Positions 49,717-59,290 of a stretch of DNA of 64,000 nucleotides are shown piece by piece. Source of the stretch: a virus; IMG/VR virus record IMGVR_UViG_3300032053_005343, positions 1-64,000 of that record. One strand, 5' to 3'. The translations under genes and the position numbers were made by a program. The notes below the pieces were generated by a model. The model saw only the letters and a program-made list of their open reading frames with translations. It ran no database searches and was not told the DNA's origin. The first letter of the stretch is position 1. Every line of letters begins with the position of its first letter.

Positions 49717-50897
49717 TAGTTTATATCCCCAATTAAGTCTTTAACAATCTTTTCAACACCTTCGTAGGAAAACGCCTTAATTCTTTCTTTCGCTGCCAAA
49801 CCCCTTTTGCTCAATGATCCATCTTTCCATTCACAATATGTCTTTTGCAATATTTTTATACAATGTGGTAAACAAATATCAAACCAGAGTTCTTTCCCGG
49901 TGTACATTTCTCCAGTACCGTTTAACTGACCAAAACAATTCGATAATTGGCCATCAATCAACCAACCACAATCCACTTCTCCAGGATGCCGGAACATTTC
50001 TTTGTCTGGTTCCCAATATTTTTCGGCTTGGCAATACATTAATTCAGGATGAAACCCCCAGTTACTTAGAATAACAGGATTCCCAAAACCCATTGCATCC
50101 ATTGCTCCTAGATTTCCTCCTTCGCCATGTGAGCATGACACAAAAATATTGGAGGAGATGTGTAATTGTGCCAATTGTTCTTCTGTCATGTAATCCGTTA
50201 AAATAACTATTGGAGGATAGTCTTTTTCGTTCGGGTGAATATGTACCGCCTTTTTAATATCAGAAATAAATTTTTGCATCATTTGCATCGTTTGCGCCGA
50301 AGAATGCCCAGGAGAACTTGTTTTAATAACTAAGATTACATTTTCTTTTCCTGTGAAAGCCGCATAATACGCTCTTATTAGTCCAGCTATATTCTTGCGC
50401 CGTGAATTCTCCCCTATAAAATAAAAAACACATTTATCTTTTAAAATTGGAATATCTAATGATTTTGGTTTGTTGTTGAATTTTTTAATGTCTATAGAAC
50501 AGGGTAGGATTTTAACAGGAACAGTTATTCCTGAATTGATACATGCAAACTTTTGTTGGATACACGACACCCAAATTTCTGATAAAGTGTTGCACGAATT
50601 AACCCATGTTGTACAAACAGTATTTGTTTCCCAAAAAAAACGTCCTACCGTTTTAACATTATTCTTTTTTTCAAAAGTATGCGGTAGATTCGTTTCTATA
50701 ATTAGATCTATATTTTTAAGATCTTTTTTCTCTAGGTGTTCAACAGGACATTTTTGTTTTATCTTAGGGTTAGACATACGAACACTTCTACATACCACAT
50801 CATATCCAGCCTTTTCAATTGCAAGAATATCATTAAGGGCGGCTTCTGCGTATCCGGTTTGATCACGGAAAGGGGCAATGTATAATATCTTTTTCAT
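49716..50897 (-). CDS. GT4 glycosyltransferase
   Basis: TGYAEAA; RKNI.GLI.AY; SHGEG.NL..MDAMGFG.PVI. Confidence 0.85.
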   Translation of the reverse strand: MKKILYIAPFRDQTGYAEAALNDILAIEKAGYDVVCRSVRMSNPKIKQKCPVEHLEKKDLKNIDLIIETNLPHTFEKKNNVKTVGRFFWETNTVCTTWVNSCNTLSEIWVSCIQQKFACINSGITVPVKILPCSIDIKKFNNKPKSLDIPILKDKCVFYFIGENSRRKNIAGLIRAYYAAFTGKENVILVIKTSSPGHSSAQTMQMMQKFISDIKKAVHIHPNEKDYPPIVILTDYMTEEQLAQLHISSNIFVSCSHGEGGNLGAMDAMGFGNPVILSNWGFHPELMYCQAEKYWEPDKEMFRHPGEVDCGWLIDGQLSNCFGQLNGTGEMYTGKELWFDICLPHCIKILQKTYCEWKDGSLSKRGLAAKERIKAFSYEGVEKIVKDLIGDIN

Positions 50898-50898
50898 A

Positions 50899-53799
50899 TT
50901 ACATTACCTCAAAATTAAGACCATTATTCTTATTTGGATTCAACAATTTTACCCTATGCTCTTCCGCCATATTCTGTTGATTTACCAGACCAAGAAAATG
51001 ATTGCCAATATATTGTCTATCTACGGTAATTTTGTTAGAACCAACGATACGAAAACCTTGGTTAAGATATCTAACCCATTCAAGTGCAAAAAAGCTATTT
51101 ACCATTTCCGGTTTACGCCAAATCTCTTTTATAATATAGTTGACGCATTCTACACTATCTAAATTTTGCGGGGGTTCTGATAAATTAGGTTTTATTAATT
51201 GTGGAGTTGGATTAAGCCATGTTAAATTAGGATCTTTGATTTCTGTCTCTCGTAAAACGTTGGCCCAAATCGCCGCTGTTCTGGACCAACTAAACCTAGG
51301 AAGCTTCTCCGTTTGCCCGTAGACCTCTGCGGGTTCAATCGCATACGCTCTAATCTTTTTAGATATTTCTTTTCTTTTTTCTTCACTCATTTTAACGAAA
51401 TTGTCTAATTTTTGTACAAAGTCATCGTTATTTGGTAGAGCGCGTTTTTGTTCAGTTTCAATAACGGATTCATAAAAGAAACGGCCTACTTCTATGGGAA
51501 TATTTCCTGGAACCGCAATGTGGTCTTCCATCGCCGAATAACGAACCGCTGCAACTGGAGTTCCACAGGCGTTTGCGTCACGACACCCCATCGAAAATCC
51601 CTCGCACACGCTATAATTTATATATAAATCAAATAATTTCATTATCTCTGCAAGAACTTCTCTTGACGGAGAGCTATTGGCATTCGGGGGATGTGCTGTT
51701 TTATTCTTACATCTTCGACAAACAGCCCATTCTCCCTGGAAGAAACTAGGATAAACGGTGCCGCATGACTGACACATATATGTTAATAAAACTTTTGTTC
51801 CAACTTTAAATTCTTGAATTGCTCTACCAATATCATAACCAACATCCGGATAACTTGTGTGTAAATATAAAAATGTTTTCTTGACTAGATCAATGTGGCC
51901 CTTTGTTTTTGCTTTATAAATCCATTTGGAAAAGGCCTCTACTAGATCGTAAAACAGCTTCCTTTTTTGGTTCCTGTTTATAGTGCCAATAATTATCGTA
52001 TTAGGATCAATCCCAAGTTTTGTTTTATGTGCTCTTTTATCTTCTGCGGGTTTGAACATGTCCAAATCAGAACCAGGGGATGCGATTGGGCCTAATGGAA
52101 TTTTATCTCCACCCTCTTTCCTTAATATTCTTTGTCCAAAATCACTATAAGTCAATATTTTATCTCTTCTTGACATACTATCTAACCATACGGCGCGTTG
52201 GGGCGAACCGTCACAACATGCCATATGAATAAATTTAAAGAAATTTCTGAAAGGAGTATTGTCTATCCACGACACCATCCATTCGTCTCTTATATCACAA
52301 TTATGTACTATGAATCCTGTGACATAAGTATTGTTATCTTCTACTTCCAAATTATAGACTTGACCTTTGTAATGACATTCTTTGTGAATAGTTTTAACTC
52401 TTGCGACAAAATAATTGCCTTCAAACCATCCAAGTCCATCCGAATCAAATTCAAGATGTTCTTCCGGCAATATGGTTTCTTTTTGTACAATAGAATGTAA
52501 TTGTTGTGCATAATTATTTATAATAGAGATCATAAATATTTCAGAATTATTTTTAGTTTGTCCATCGCTTTTTCTTATATATGTTCTTGAAGGATTTTTA
52601 TAAATACAATTTTTTATACTAAGTCTAAAAAATAAATTTCGCAATTGCATTGCCAATTGTTCAGACACACTACTGTATGTTATGTCAGATCCATTATAAC
52701 ACCCATCTCCTCTTACCAACCCCTTAATAAAACTTTTAATTATATTTTCGCTATTGTTGTCAAATATAAAAAGAGGGATGTATTTATTGAACGCTCCATT
52801 CCCGGCAAGTTTTTCAAAAAAGGCACCTAAAATTATACAATCTACTCTTATTCGTGATCTACTTCCGTCTTGGCTTATGGTACATTTAATATTAAAAATA
52901 TTTTTTAATAAATTTTCTACATCATTGACAAATTGTTTTTCTCTATCGCTACAACCAAAAGTAAAATGAACACCGTGCCTATCTGTATGACCCTCCGCAC
53001 AATAATATCCGAACAATCTGGCTAAATCATTGTCTATATTTATATAATTATTTATATATTTAGCATTTGGTCTACCACTAGCCATAATCAAGCTATTGTC
53101 ATCGGATAGTATAAATTGATGTAAAAAATCAGATATTTTAATATTACTATATTGATTGTTTGACATATTTTTGGGAATTAAAACATAATCTCCAGTACCA
53201 ACATTTTTAGCGGATATAAATATTGCGTCTTTTATAAAATGTCTTTCTGAAACTTTCCTGCCTTTGGAATGTCGTCGAACATTTTTAATAACAAGCACGG
53301 GGTGATCTTCTGTTAAAGTATATTCTCTACTATCAGTACCTATTTTAATTTTTACGACATTTCCTTTATACTGTTTCTTGAAAGTTTGTAATACTTTTTT
53401 AGGTTCTCCGGTATGAGATATAACTTCATCTCCTACTTTTATATCTTGTATATTTACAATCCCGCATGGGGTTTGCACTTTAGTCCATGGGGGGACACAA
53501 ACTATATCAGGTTTACAATCCAAACAAACGGAATCGAAACGCATTTTTCCAAATTGGTTAATAGGATCATTTCTATATATTCTTTGTCCCTCTTCGTCGT
53601 TTTTATTCGGAGCCGCCGCGTAGAATTTCCACGGTATGGAGTTTATTCTTTGGTCTCCGTCTTCTACGTATGCGCCCAACTCGAAAAGTTCGAATTCATT
53701 AGTTGCATAAAGTCTTTTTAAAACTTCGTTTCCATACGTGGCGAATCCGGTCGCCAGATAACTTCCCTCATTAACAAAAAGAATACGTTTTTTTCTCAT
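50899..53799 (-). CDS. GT4 glycosyltransferase with Zn-ribbon insert, interrupted by an intein
   Basis: LATGFATYG; RNQKRK; CEGFSM..RDANACGTP; CQSC...CRRC. Confidence 0.85.
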   Translation of the reverse strand: MRKKRILFVNEGSYLATGFATYGNEVLKRLYATNEFELFELGAYVEDGDQRINSIPWKFYAAAPNKNDEEGQRIYRNDPINQFGKMRFDSVCLDCKPDIVCVPPWTKVQTPCGIVNIQDIKVGDEVISHTGEPKKVLQTFKKQYKGNVVKIKIGTDSREYTLTEDHPVLVIKNVRRHSKGRKVSERHFIKDAIFISAKNVGTGDYVLIPKNMSNNQYSNIKISDFLHQFILSDDNSLIMASGRPNAKYINNYINIDNDLARLFGYYCAEGHTDRHGVHFTFGCSDREKQFVNDVENLLKNIFNIKCTISQDGSRSRIRVDCIILGAFFEKLAGNGAFNKYIPLFIFDNNSENIIKSFIKGLVRGDGCYNGSDITYSSVSEQLAMQLRNLFFRLSIKNCIYKNPSRTYIRKSDGQTKNNSEIFMISIINNYAQQLHSIVQKETILPEEHLEFDSDGLGWFEGNYFVARVKTIHKECHYKGQVYNLEVEDNNTYVTGFIVHNCDIRDEWMVSWIDNTPFRNFFKFIHMACCDGSPQRAVWLDSMSRRDKILTYSDFGQRILRKEGGDKIPLGPIASPGSDLDMFKPAEDKRAHKTKLGIDPNTIIIGTINRNQKRKLFYDLVEAFSKWIYKAKTKGHIDLVKKTFLYLHTSYPDVGYDIGRAIQEFKVGTKVLLTYMCQSCGTVYPSFFQGEWAVCRRCKNKTAHPPNANSSPSREVLAEIMKLFDLYINYSVCEGFSMGCRDANACGTPVAAVRYSAMEDHIAVPGNIPIEVGRFFYESVIETEQKRALPNNDDFVQKLDNFVKMSEEKRKEISKKIRAYAIEPAEVYGQTEKLPRFSWSRTAAIWANVLRETEIKDPNLTWLNPTPQLIKPNLSEPPQNLDSVECVNYIIKEIWRKPEMVNSFFALEWVRYLNQGFRIVGSNKITVDRQYIGNHFLGLVNQQNMAEEHRVKLLNPNKNNGLNFEVM
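52300..53499 (-). mobile_element. Intein (400 aa) with LAGLIDADG endonuclease
   Basis: PDIV|CVPPWT...LTEDHP...LFGYYCAEG...FIKGLVRGDG...VYNLEVEDNNTY..FIVHN|CDIRD. Confidence 0.9.
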
Positions 53800-54348
53800 T
53801 TAATATGCCGCTAATTTATCTTTTATTCTTTTGAGCATCCTGCATTTTGTGATTCTATTACCTACCACTTCGTTTGTTAAAAATAAACTCATTTCTTCTT
53901 CCGATAATCTGTCGTCAATTTCTAATAAATCTATTGGATATTTTTCATCTTTAATATCTGTATATATTTCGCACATAGACATTGAAATTCGTTTTAGTTC
54001 TTGTAATCTTCCATGAGATATATTTAAAAGTTTACAAACATCGTTTTCTGTTTTACCATTATTTAAATAGTTTCTAATTTTTATTGACAAATTTTTATCC
54101 AAAAAAGGAGCATAAAATGCTCCTGTGCTTTTGATAGCCTCATTTATTATAGCATAAAATATGGCCGTTCTAACGTATGGTCCAAAGTCACCCTTTTCTT
54201 TTTTCCATTTATTTTCAGATTTCCAGAAAGCAATTAAACCTATTTGAACATAATCATCATAATTTAAATAACTATTATAATAAATTCGAGAGATTTTATG
54301 CGACAAATATTTAATAAACTTGATATATCCATTATCCTTGAATATCAT
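53800..54348 (-). CDS. Phage RNA polymerase sigma-70-family factor
   Basis: YDDYVQIG.IAFW......KGDF..Y....I region-2-like motif; HTH-like region downstream. Confidence 0.65.
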   Translation of the reverse strand: MIFKDNGYIKFIKYLSHKISRIYYNSYLNYDDYVQIGLIAFWKSENKWKKEKGDFGPYVRTAIFYAIINEAIKSTGAFYAPFLDKNLSIKIRNYLNNGKTENDVCKLLNISHGRLQELKRISMSMCEIYTDIKDEKYPIDLLEIDDRLSEEEMSLFLTNEVVGNRITKCRMLKRIKDKLAAY

Positions 54349-54350
54349 TT

Positions 54351-54815
54351 TTAGAACGGTATTTCATCATTATCTTCAACTTCACTTACCGCTACCGACA
54401 CTGGTTGTGGTTCTTTCTTCGCTTGTTTATTTTTTGGCGGCGAAACAACTGTCTTCCCTGGATTTGTAGACTCTATCTTGTTTTCTCCGTTCAGTTTTTG
54501 AACAATTTCAAAGTTCGTTAGATTTAAAACCAAAGAAGTTCTTTTTTCTCCTTCTTTTGTTTGCCATGAATCCATTTTTATATATCCATCACAATATATT
54601 GGAACCCCTTTCTTTGCAAATTGTACAAATTTCTCCGCTTTTGGTCCAAAGATTTGGGCCTTAACATATGATGTTTCCTTCTGCCATGCCCCCTCTCTAT
54701 CTTTAAAACTGCGATTAAAAGCTAAATTGACTGAACCGACTCCGCCACCATTTTCAAAAGATTTAAATTCTGCGTCTGCCACTACAACGCCAACTCCGTA
54801 GGTTCTAAGCTCCAT
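54351..54815 (-). CDS. ssb: Single-stranded DNA-binding protein
   Basis: OB-fold motifs (LAFNR..W..ET, KKG.....G.....W..KEG.KR); acidic tail DNDEIPF. Confidence 0.9.
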   Translation of the reverse strand: MELRTYGVGVVVADAEFKSFENGGGVGSVNLAFNRSFKDREGAWQKETSYVKAQIFGPKAEKFVQFAKKGVPIYCDGYIKMDSWQTKEGEKRTSLVLNLTNFEIVQKLNGENKIESTNPGKTVVSPPKNKQAKKEPQPVSVAVSEVEDNDEIPF

Positions 54816-54830
54816 TTAATTCTCCTTTTC

Positions 54831-55379
54831 TTATTTTACGTGTTTCCATGTTTGATAATTAACAATTCTCCACACAGAGAGTTTTTTTATTCCATAAATG
54901 TTTGCAATTTCCTCTTGGGTTAAATTACCTTCTTGCCATAATCTTCTAATTTCCATTACTTTATTATCATTGACTTTGGCTAGATGTTGTTTGGAACCTC
55001 TGGCTTTGTTAAACTTTGTCCCATGTTTTATCTGATCATTCATATTTCTTTTGCGTGTATCCCATCTTAAATTCCCAACAAAATTATTTGATGGATTTCC
55101 GTCGTTATGACATCCCTCTTTACCGAAATGGCAAGGTCCAATAAATGTTTCTAGAACAAGTTTGTGTATCAAAAATCTTTTGGGCTTATTATTTTTATAT
55201 AAAGCTACCTGTAGATATCCGTATTTATTAATTTGATGAAGTTTTAAAATTTGTTCTTTTCTAGTCCTATTAAAATTAAGACTTTTTACCCTGCCCCAGT
55301 TAGAAATCATATATAAACCAACATACCCGGCTATATCTTTCCAAATTTCTTCTATGTTTTTATAATATTTTTCGTCCAT
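54831..55379 (-). CDS. NUMOD4-HNH-HTH homing endonuclease
   Basis: EIWKDIAGYVGLYMISNWGRVKS; CHNDGNPSNN..NLRW. Confidence 0.9.
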   Translation of the reverse strand: MDEKYYKNIEEIWKDIAGYVGLYMISNWGRVKSLNFNRTRKEQILKLHQINKYGYLQVALYKNNKPKRFLIHKLVLETFIGPCHFGKEGCHNDGNPSNNFVGNLRWDTRKRNMNDQIKHGTKFNKARGSKQHLAKVNDNKVMEIRRLWQEGNLTQEEIANIYGIKKLSVWRIVNYQTWKHVK

Positions 55380-55409
55380 ACAACTATTATACCATAATTT
55401 TAATTATTT

Positions 55410-58121
55410 TTAAATTAATTTTTGTAAATTTTGAACAATAATACTTCCATTTTTCTTATATCCGGTCACAAGGCAAATTAATCCATCTTTACATAACCCG
55501 TGCATTTTTTCATAAACATCCGGGAATACTACGGAATGGTCGATTGAATAACTAGAATCTGACATTGTAAGAAAACACATTGGAGCGCCGGGATTTTTCC
55601 CTTTTTTAGTCTTTGTATGTTTTACAGAATCTATTACGACAACAGATGAAAACGACTCGCCATTTAAACATTTCATTAAATCAAGACAGTTGTGAGTTGC
55701 CGAACTATCGTCAACATCATCTGCTGGCGAACAACTCAGGGCAATACCAAGAAAATATTTTTCAGCTACAGATTTAGCCAAGTTGGTGTCTATCTCATTT
55801 ATTTTTAATTGCTCCAATTTATTTTTGATAATTTGTAATCTTTTACCAACAATACATGATTTCATTGATTCTTCATTATATCCATTTTCTTTTAATCTAT
55901 TTGTTATATCTATTTTTGTCATACCGGAGAAATCAAATTGTTCTCCAAGAATTTTTTTAGACCAATTAACAATATCTTCTTTTTTGAGGGATGATAAAGA
56001 TTTCCCAGGACTATTTTCAGCCTGTTGAACCATTTCAAATAAAACATCCTTTATTGATCTATTATCAATTAATTTATTAAAAAACCACGCTCGTTCTTTT
56101 TCTGTCAAGCCCCGTATTTCCTCATTTTTTCCTTCTTTATTTTTAATAGTTGTCCCAAATACAATCTCTAATTCTTTTGCCATTTGAGATCTTTCCATAT
56201 TGTAACAATCACAGGCTCCAGATTTTATTAAAGCAATTCCAGTACCACGATGGAGAATAGACAGAGATTTCAAAAATTCATTAAATGTAGATAAAGATTT
56301 ACTTTGTTCTATAATTTTAGTTATAGAGGATTGACCAATGCCTCTTATGTTAGAAAGACCAAATTTTATTTCATCTTCTATCATTTTAAAATGTATATTA
56401 CATGTTTTAATATCTGGGGGAAGAATATTTATTCCAAACAATCTTGCATCTTGGACTAATTCATATACCTCTTGTTTTGGATCTCCCTTATAGTTGGAAA
56501 ATGTTAAATAACTTGTAAAGAACTCGTGTGGGAAATGGGTCTTTAAATAACTCGTGGTATAACTTAACATCCCATAACTTACGGCGTGGCTGTAATTAAA
56601 TTGGTAACGCTGACTTTTTTCTATCCAACCAAAGATTTGTTCAGAAATTTCTTTAGATAATCCACTATTTTTTTGACATCCTTCTATAAATCTATTCTTA
56701 AGAGATGCCATCAAATCGACTTTCTTTTTTCCAATTGCAACTCTTAGTTGATCTGCATCCTCTAAAGAAAATCCTGCTATTTCTTGAGCTATTTTTAGGC
56801 TCTGCTCTTGGTAAATTAAAGTTCCATATGTATCCTTTAAAATGTTTTCTAATTTAGAATGTAAATATGATTGTTGCTTTTTGCCAAATTTTATATCAAC
56901 ATACTCTTCCGCTTGACCAGAATTATGAACTATGAAATCTCCTGCTATATAATTATGGTTTGGACCTTCTACTTGTATATCATAAGTCTCTTCTTCTCCA
57001 CAGTCTTCTATGTCAATAATTTGAACATATTTGAAATCTTTAGAAAAATGCAATCTATATTTTTCTCTTTGTTTTTTGATTTCGTCAGCAGATATTTGGT
57101 TTTCTGTACACATCCTATGGTGATTTGGGCATAGCCAAACCAAATTATCTTTGTTGTTGTCTATATATCTCGTATTATATATATGGTGTACATCTAAAGA
57201 TGTTTGGTTCCAGTCACAAAATATACAACTATACTCATAATGATAAAATGCTATATTCTTAAAATTTTTCCATCCGTCGCTATGTTTATTTTTACTGCGA
57301 TATTTGCCAGACCATTTGTTTATTGTTGCTACGTAGTCCCCAGGTTTAATGTCTTTGAGTTTTTTCCATCCATTTTTTGTAAGAAATAAGTGTTCTCCTG
57401 TCGCATTTATATTAAAATTTCTTTCTTTGTGTTTTAATATTTTATAGCTATTCCTTATTTTTAATTTATATGTTTTTTGTGTTCCGTTTTTAATCACACT
57501 TATAATTTTATTATTAAATAATTCTTTGGTTTCCTCGTTTAAAGAAATGATCCCAAGCTTTCTTGTTACTTCTTTATTTTTTGTTTTCCTAAAAGATTTA
57601 TGTAGTTTAATTCTACTAATTGATGGTTGTTTAACACCATATATTCTTCCTATTTCTTTTTGTGTCAATTCGCCAAGAACTAATAATTTTCTAATTTCTT
57701 CCCTTGTTTCCTCTTTGTACAATGGTTGTTTAGAGTGCAATAATCCTTCTCGCATTTTTATATAGTGTTTTTGTAAAGCCAAATATTCATTATATAATTC
57801 TTTTATGGTACAGTATTCGTAATGATATCTCTTTCTTCCATTTTGATAATATCTTCTCCTGAGTATTTTGGTGTCCCCACCTAAACATTCAAGTGCTGAC
57901 GGCCTAATGATTGCCGTTAGCGCCGCAAGTTCTTTTATGTTCGAAGGTTTGACCTTCCTAGCCCACTCACTCCCAAGCCGAGTTTCTAATTGAAAAACCC
58001 CCTTAGTAAAACCAGATGATATAAGGTTCCAGGTAGCAGGGCAATCCAAGGGAATATTATTAACATCAAACTTGCCTTTTTCTACTTCGCAATTACAATT
58101 AGAAAATTTAATCATATCCAT
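55410..58121 (-). CDS. dnaE: DNA polymerase III alpha, C-terminal part (no PHP domain or catalytic-Asp region), with intein
   Basis: TKGVFQLE; IIRP; TYGTLIYQEQ; ADQLR.AIGKKK; YQFNYSHAVSY; FGLSNIRGIG; EKYFLG; C-terminal OB fold. Confidence 0.85.
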   Translation of the reverse strand: MDMIKFSNCNCEVEKGKFDVNNIPLDCPATWNLISSGFTKGVFQLETRLGSEWARKVKPSNIKELAALTAIIRPSALECLGGDTKILRRRYYQNGRKRYHYEYCTIKELYNEYLALQKHYIKMREGLLHSKQPLYKEETREEIRKLLVLGELTQKEIGRIYGVKQPSISRIKLHKSFRKTKNKEVTRKLGIISLNEETKELFNNKIISVIKNGTQKTYKLKIRNSYKILKHKERNFNINATGEHLFLTKNGWKKLKDIKPGDYVATINKWSGKYRSKNKHSDGWKNFKNIAFYHYEYSCIFCDWNQTSLDVHHIYNTRYIDNNKDNLVWLCPNHHRMCTENQISADEIKKQREKYRLHFSKDFKYVQIIDIEDCGEEETYDIQVEGPNHNYIAGDFIVHNSGQAEEYVDIKFGKKQQSYLHSKLENILKDTYGTLIYQEQSLKIAQEIAGFSLEDADQLRVAIGKKKVDLMASLKNRFIEGCQKNSGLSKEISEQIFGWIEKSQRYQFNYSHAVSYGMLSYTTSYLKTHFPHEFFTSYLTFSNYKGDPKQEVYELVQDARLFGINILPPDIKTCNIHFKMIEDEIKFGLSNIRGIGQSSITKIIEQSKSLSTFNEFLKSLSILHRGTGIALIKSGACDCYNMERSQMAKELEIVFGTTIKNKEGKNEEIRGLTEKERAWFFNKLIDNRSIKDVLFEMVQQAENSPGKSLSSLKKEDIVNWSKKILGEQFDFSGMTKIDITNRLKENGYNEESMKSCIVGKRLQIIKNKLEQLKINEIDTNLAKSVAEKYFLGIALSCSPADDVDDSSATHNCLDLMKCLNGESFSSVVVIDSVKHTKTKKGKNPGAPMCFLTMSDSSYSIDHSVVFPDVYEKMHGLCKDGLICLVTGYKKNGSIIVQNLQKLI
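56922..57887 (-). mobile_element. Intein (322 aa) with HNH endonuclease and HTH insert
   Basis: PSALE|CLGGDT...ATGEHLFLT..GW...CIFC...DVHHI...NLVWLCPNHH...TYDIQV...HNYIA..FIVHN|SGQ. Confidence 0.9.
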
Positions 58122-58151
58122 ATAATATTATACCACAAAGAAGTATTAAAA

Positions 58152-58358
58152 TTATCCGTCATAAACACCAAGCATTCTAAACCCGCCCCGTCTATCTCTA
58201 ACATAATCTTTGCCAGGGCATCCTAGTGGATAGAACTCTTTTGTGACACCACAATTTTTTGAACATTTTATAATAAGTCTATCTCCATTAGATTTATCGT
58301 GGTCTATTACAAAAATACTACCACACGGACATCTATATTTATATATCTGTTTTCTCAT
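58152..58358 (-). CDS. Small Zn-ribbon protein
   Basis: YKYRCPCG..F...CSKNCG. Confidence 0.5.
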   Translation of the reverse strand: MRKQIYKYRCPCGSIFVIDHDKSNGDRLIIKCSKNCGVTKEFYPLGCPGKDYVRDRRGGFRMLGVYDG

Positions 58359-59290
58359 TTTATTGTCTCCATTAATTTATTTTCGTCAAATACTCCGTCT
58401 TTATTGATTTCTATTATGTCTTTTATGTCTTTTGAAAAATTATTCCAATGAAAAATCCAAGGGGTTGTTAACTTAATAGCATCTGTCAAATAATTTGCCA
58501 TTAATGAAAATGATCCTTGTCCATTAACAAATATGTCTGCTTTGGTGAGATGATAAAATGTTGAAAAAAGATCCTCGTCTATATGGAATTCCATATTTAA
58601 ATCTTTTATATTTTTGAAAGCAATTATTTTTTTTAATTCTTCTTTTGATATTTTTGATGTGTATATATGATACATAAATGGTCTGGCGAAATTGATTTCT
58701 ATTTTTTCTAAATTCTCAATTATTGATAAGTAATAATCCAGACTTTTCCATCTATCGTATTGCGCATTTTCTGTAACGTCTTCTCTTCTTAAATGTATTG
58801 CACAATTAAGATAATTTTTAGAAAAATAATTTTTGAAATTTTTGACTAGCAAAGAATTATTATATTTGATCTTTAAATCATTGTTCCCATAGAATTTCCA
58901 GTCAATTTCTATAAATTGTCCGTTGTCATTTTCGCTTATTTCATATAGGATGTTTAGTTTGTCATTTTGTGCAAAATCTGAATTTAATAACGCTGCAAAT
59001 TGTGGGTGAAACCATTTAGCCTCTTTCCTTTGCACCCACGGGATATTTATCTTTATACAGTGAGATAAATTTTCTATAGTTAATTCATTTTCTCCAAAAT
59101 TTAAAAAATCATTCCATTTTTTAATCGGAGCCATTTGATAAATATGTGACTCGTCTTTATTAACAATCGGCTGATAAACATATTTTAAATTATATCTATT
59201 TGCCAAGATGAGTGGAACGATAAAATTGGAGAAGCGATGTCCGATACCCGCATTTAATTCGTGAACTTTTACGGTAATATATTTATTCAT
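58355..59290 (-). CDS. Fucosyltransferase-like (GT11/GT23-type) protein
   Basis: AGIGH; AIHLRRED; ADIFV...GSFS. Confidence 0.65.
   Translation of the reverse strand: MNKYITVKVHELNAGIGHRFSNFIVPLILANRYNLKYVYQPIVNKDESHIYQMAPIKKWNDFLNFGENELTIENLSHCIKINIPWVQRKEAKWFHPQFAALLNSDFAQNDKLNILYEISENDNGQFIEIDWKFYGNNDLKIKYNNSLLVKNFKNYFSKNYLNCAIHLRREDVTENAQYDRWKSLDYYLSIIENLEKIEINFARPFMYHIYTSKISKEELKKIIAFKNIKDLNMEFHIDEDLFSTFYHLTKADIFVNGQGSFSLMANYLTDAIKLTTPWIFHWNNFSKDIKDIIEINKDGVFDENKLMETIK

Noticed and set aside
55410-58121. Cyanobacterial-type trans-splicing split DnaE intein
   Set aside because: The intein is contiguous (Cys1 to His-Asn in one ORF) and lies at RPSALE|SG, not at the Y|xFNxSH site, which is uninterrupted here
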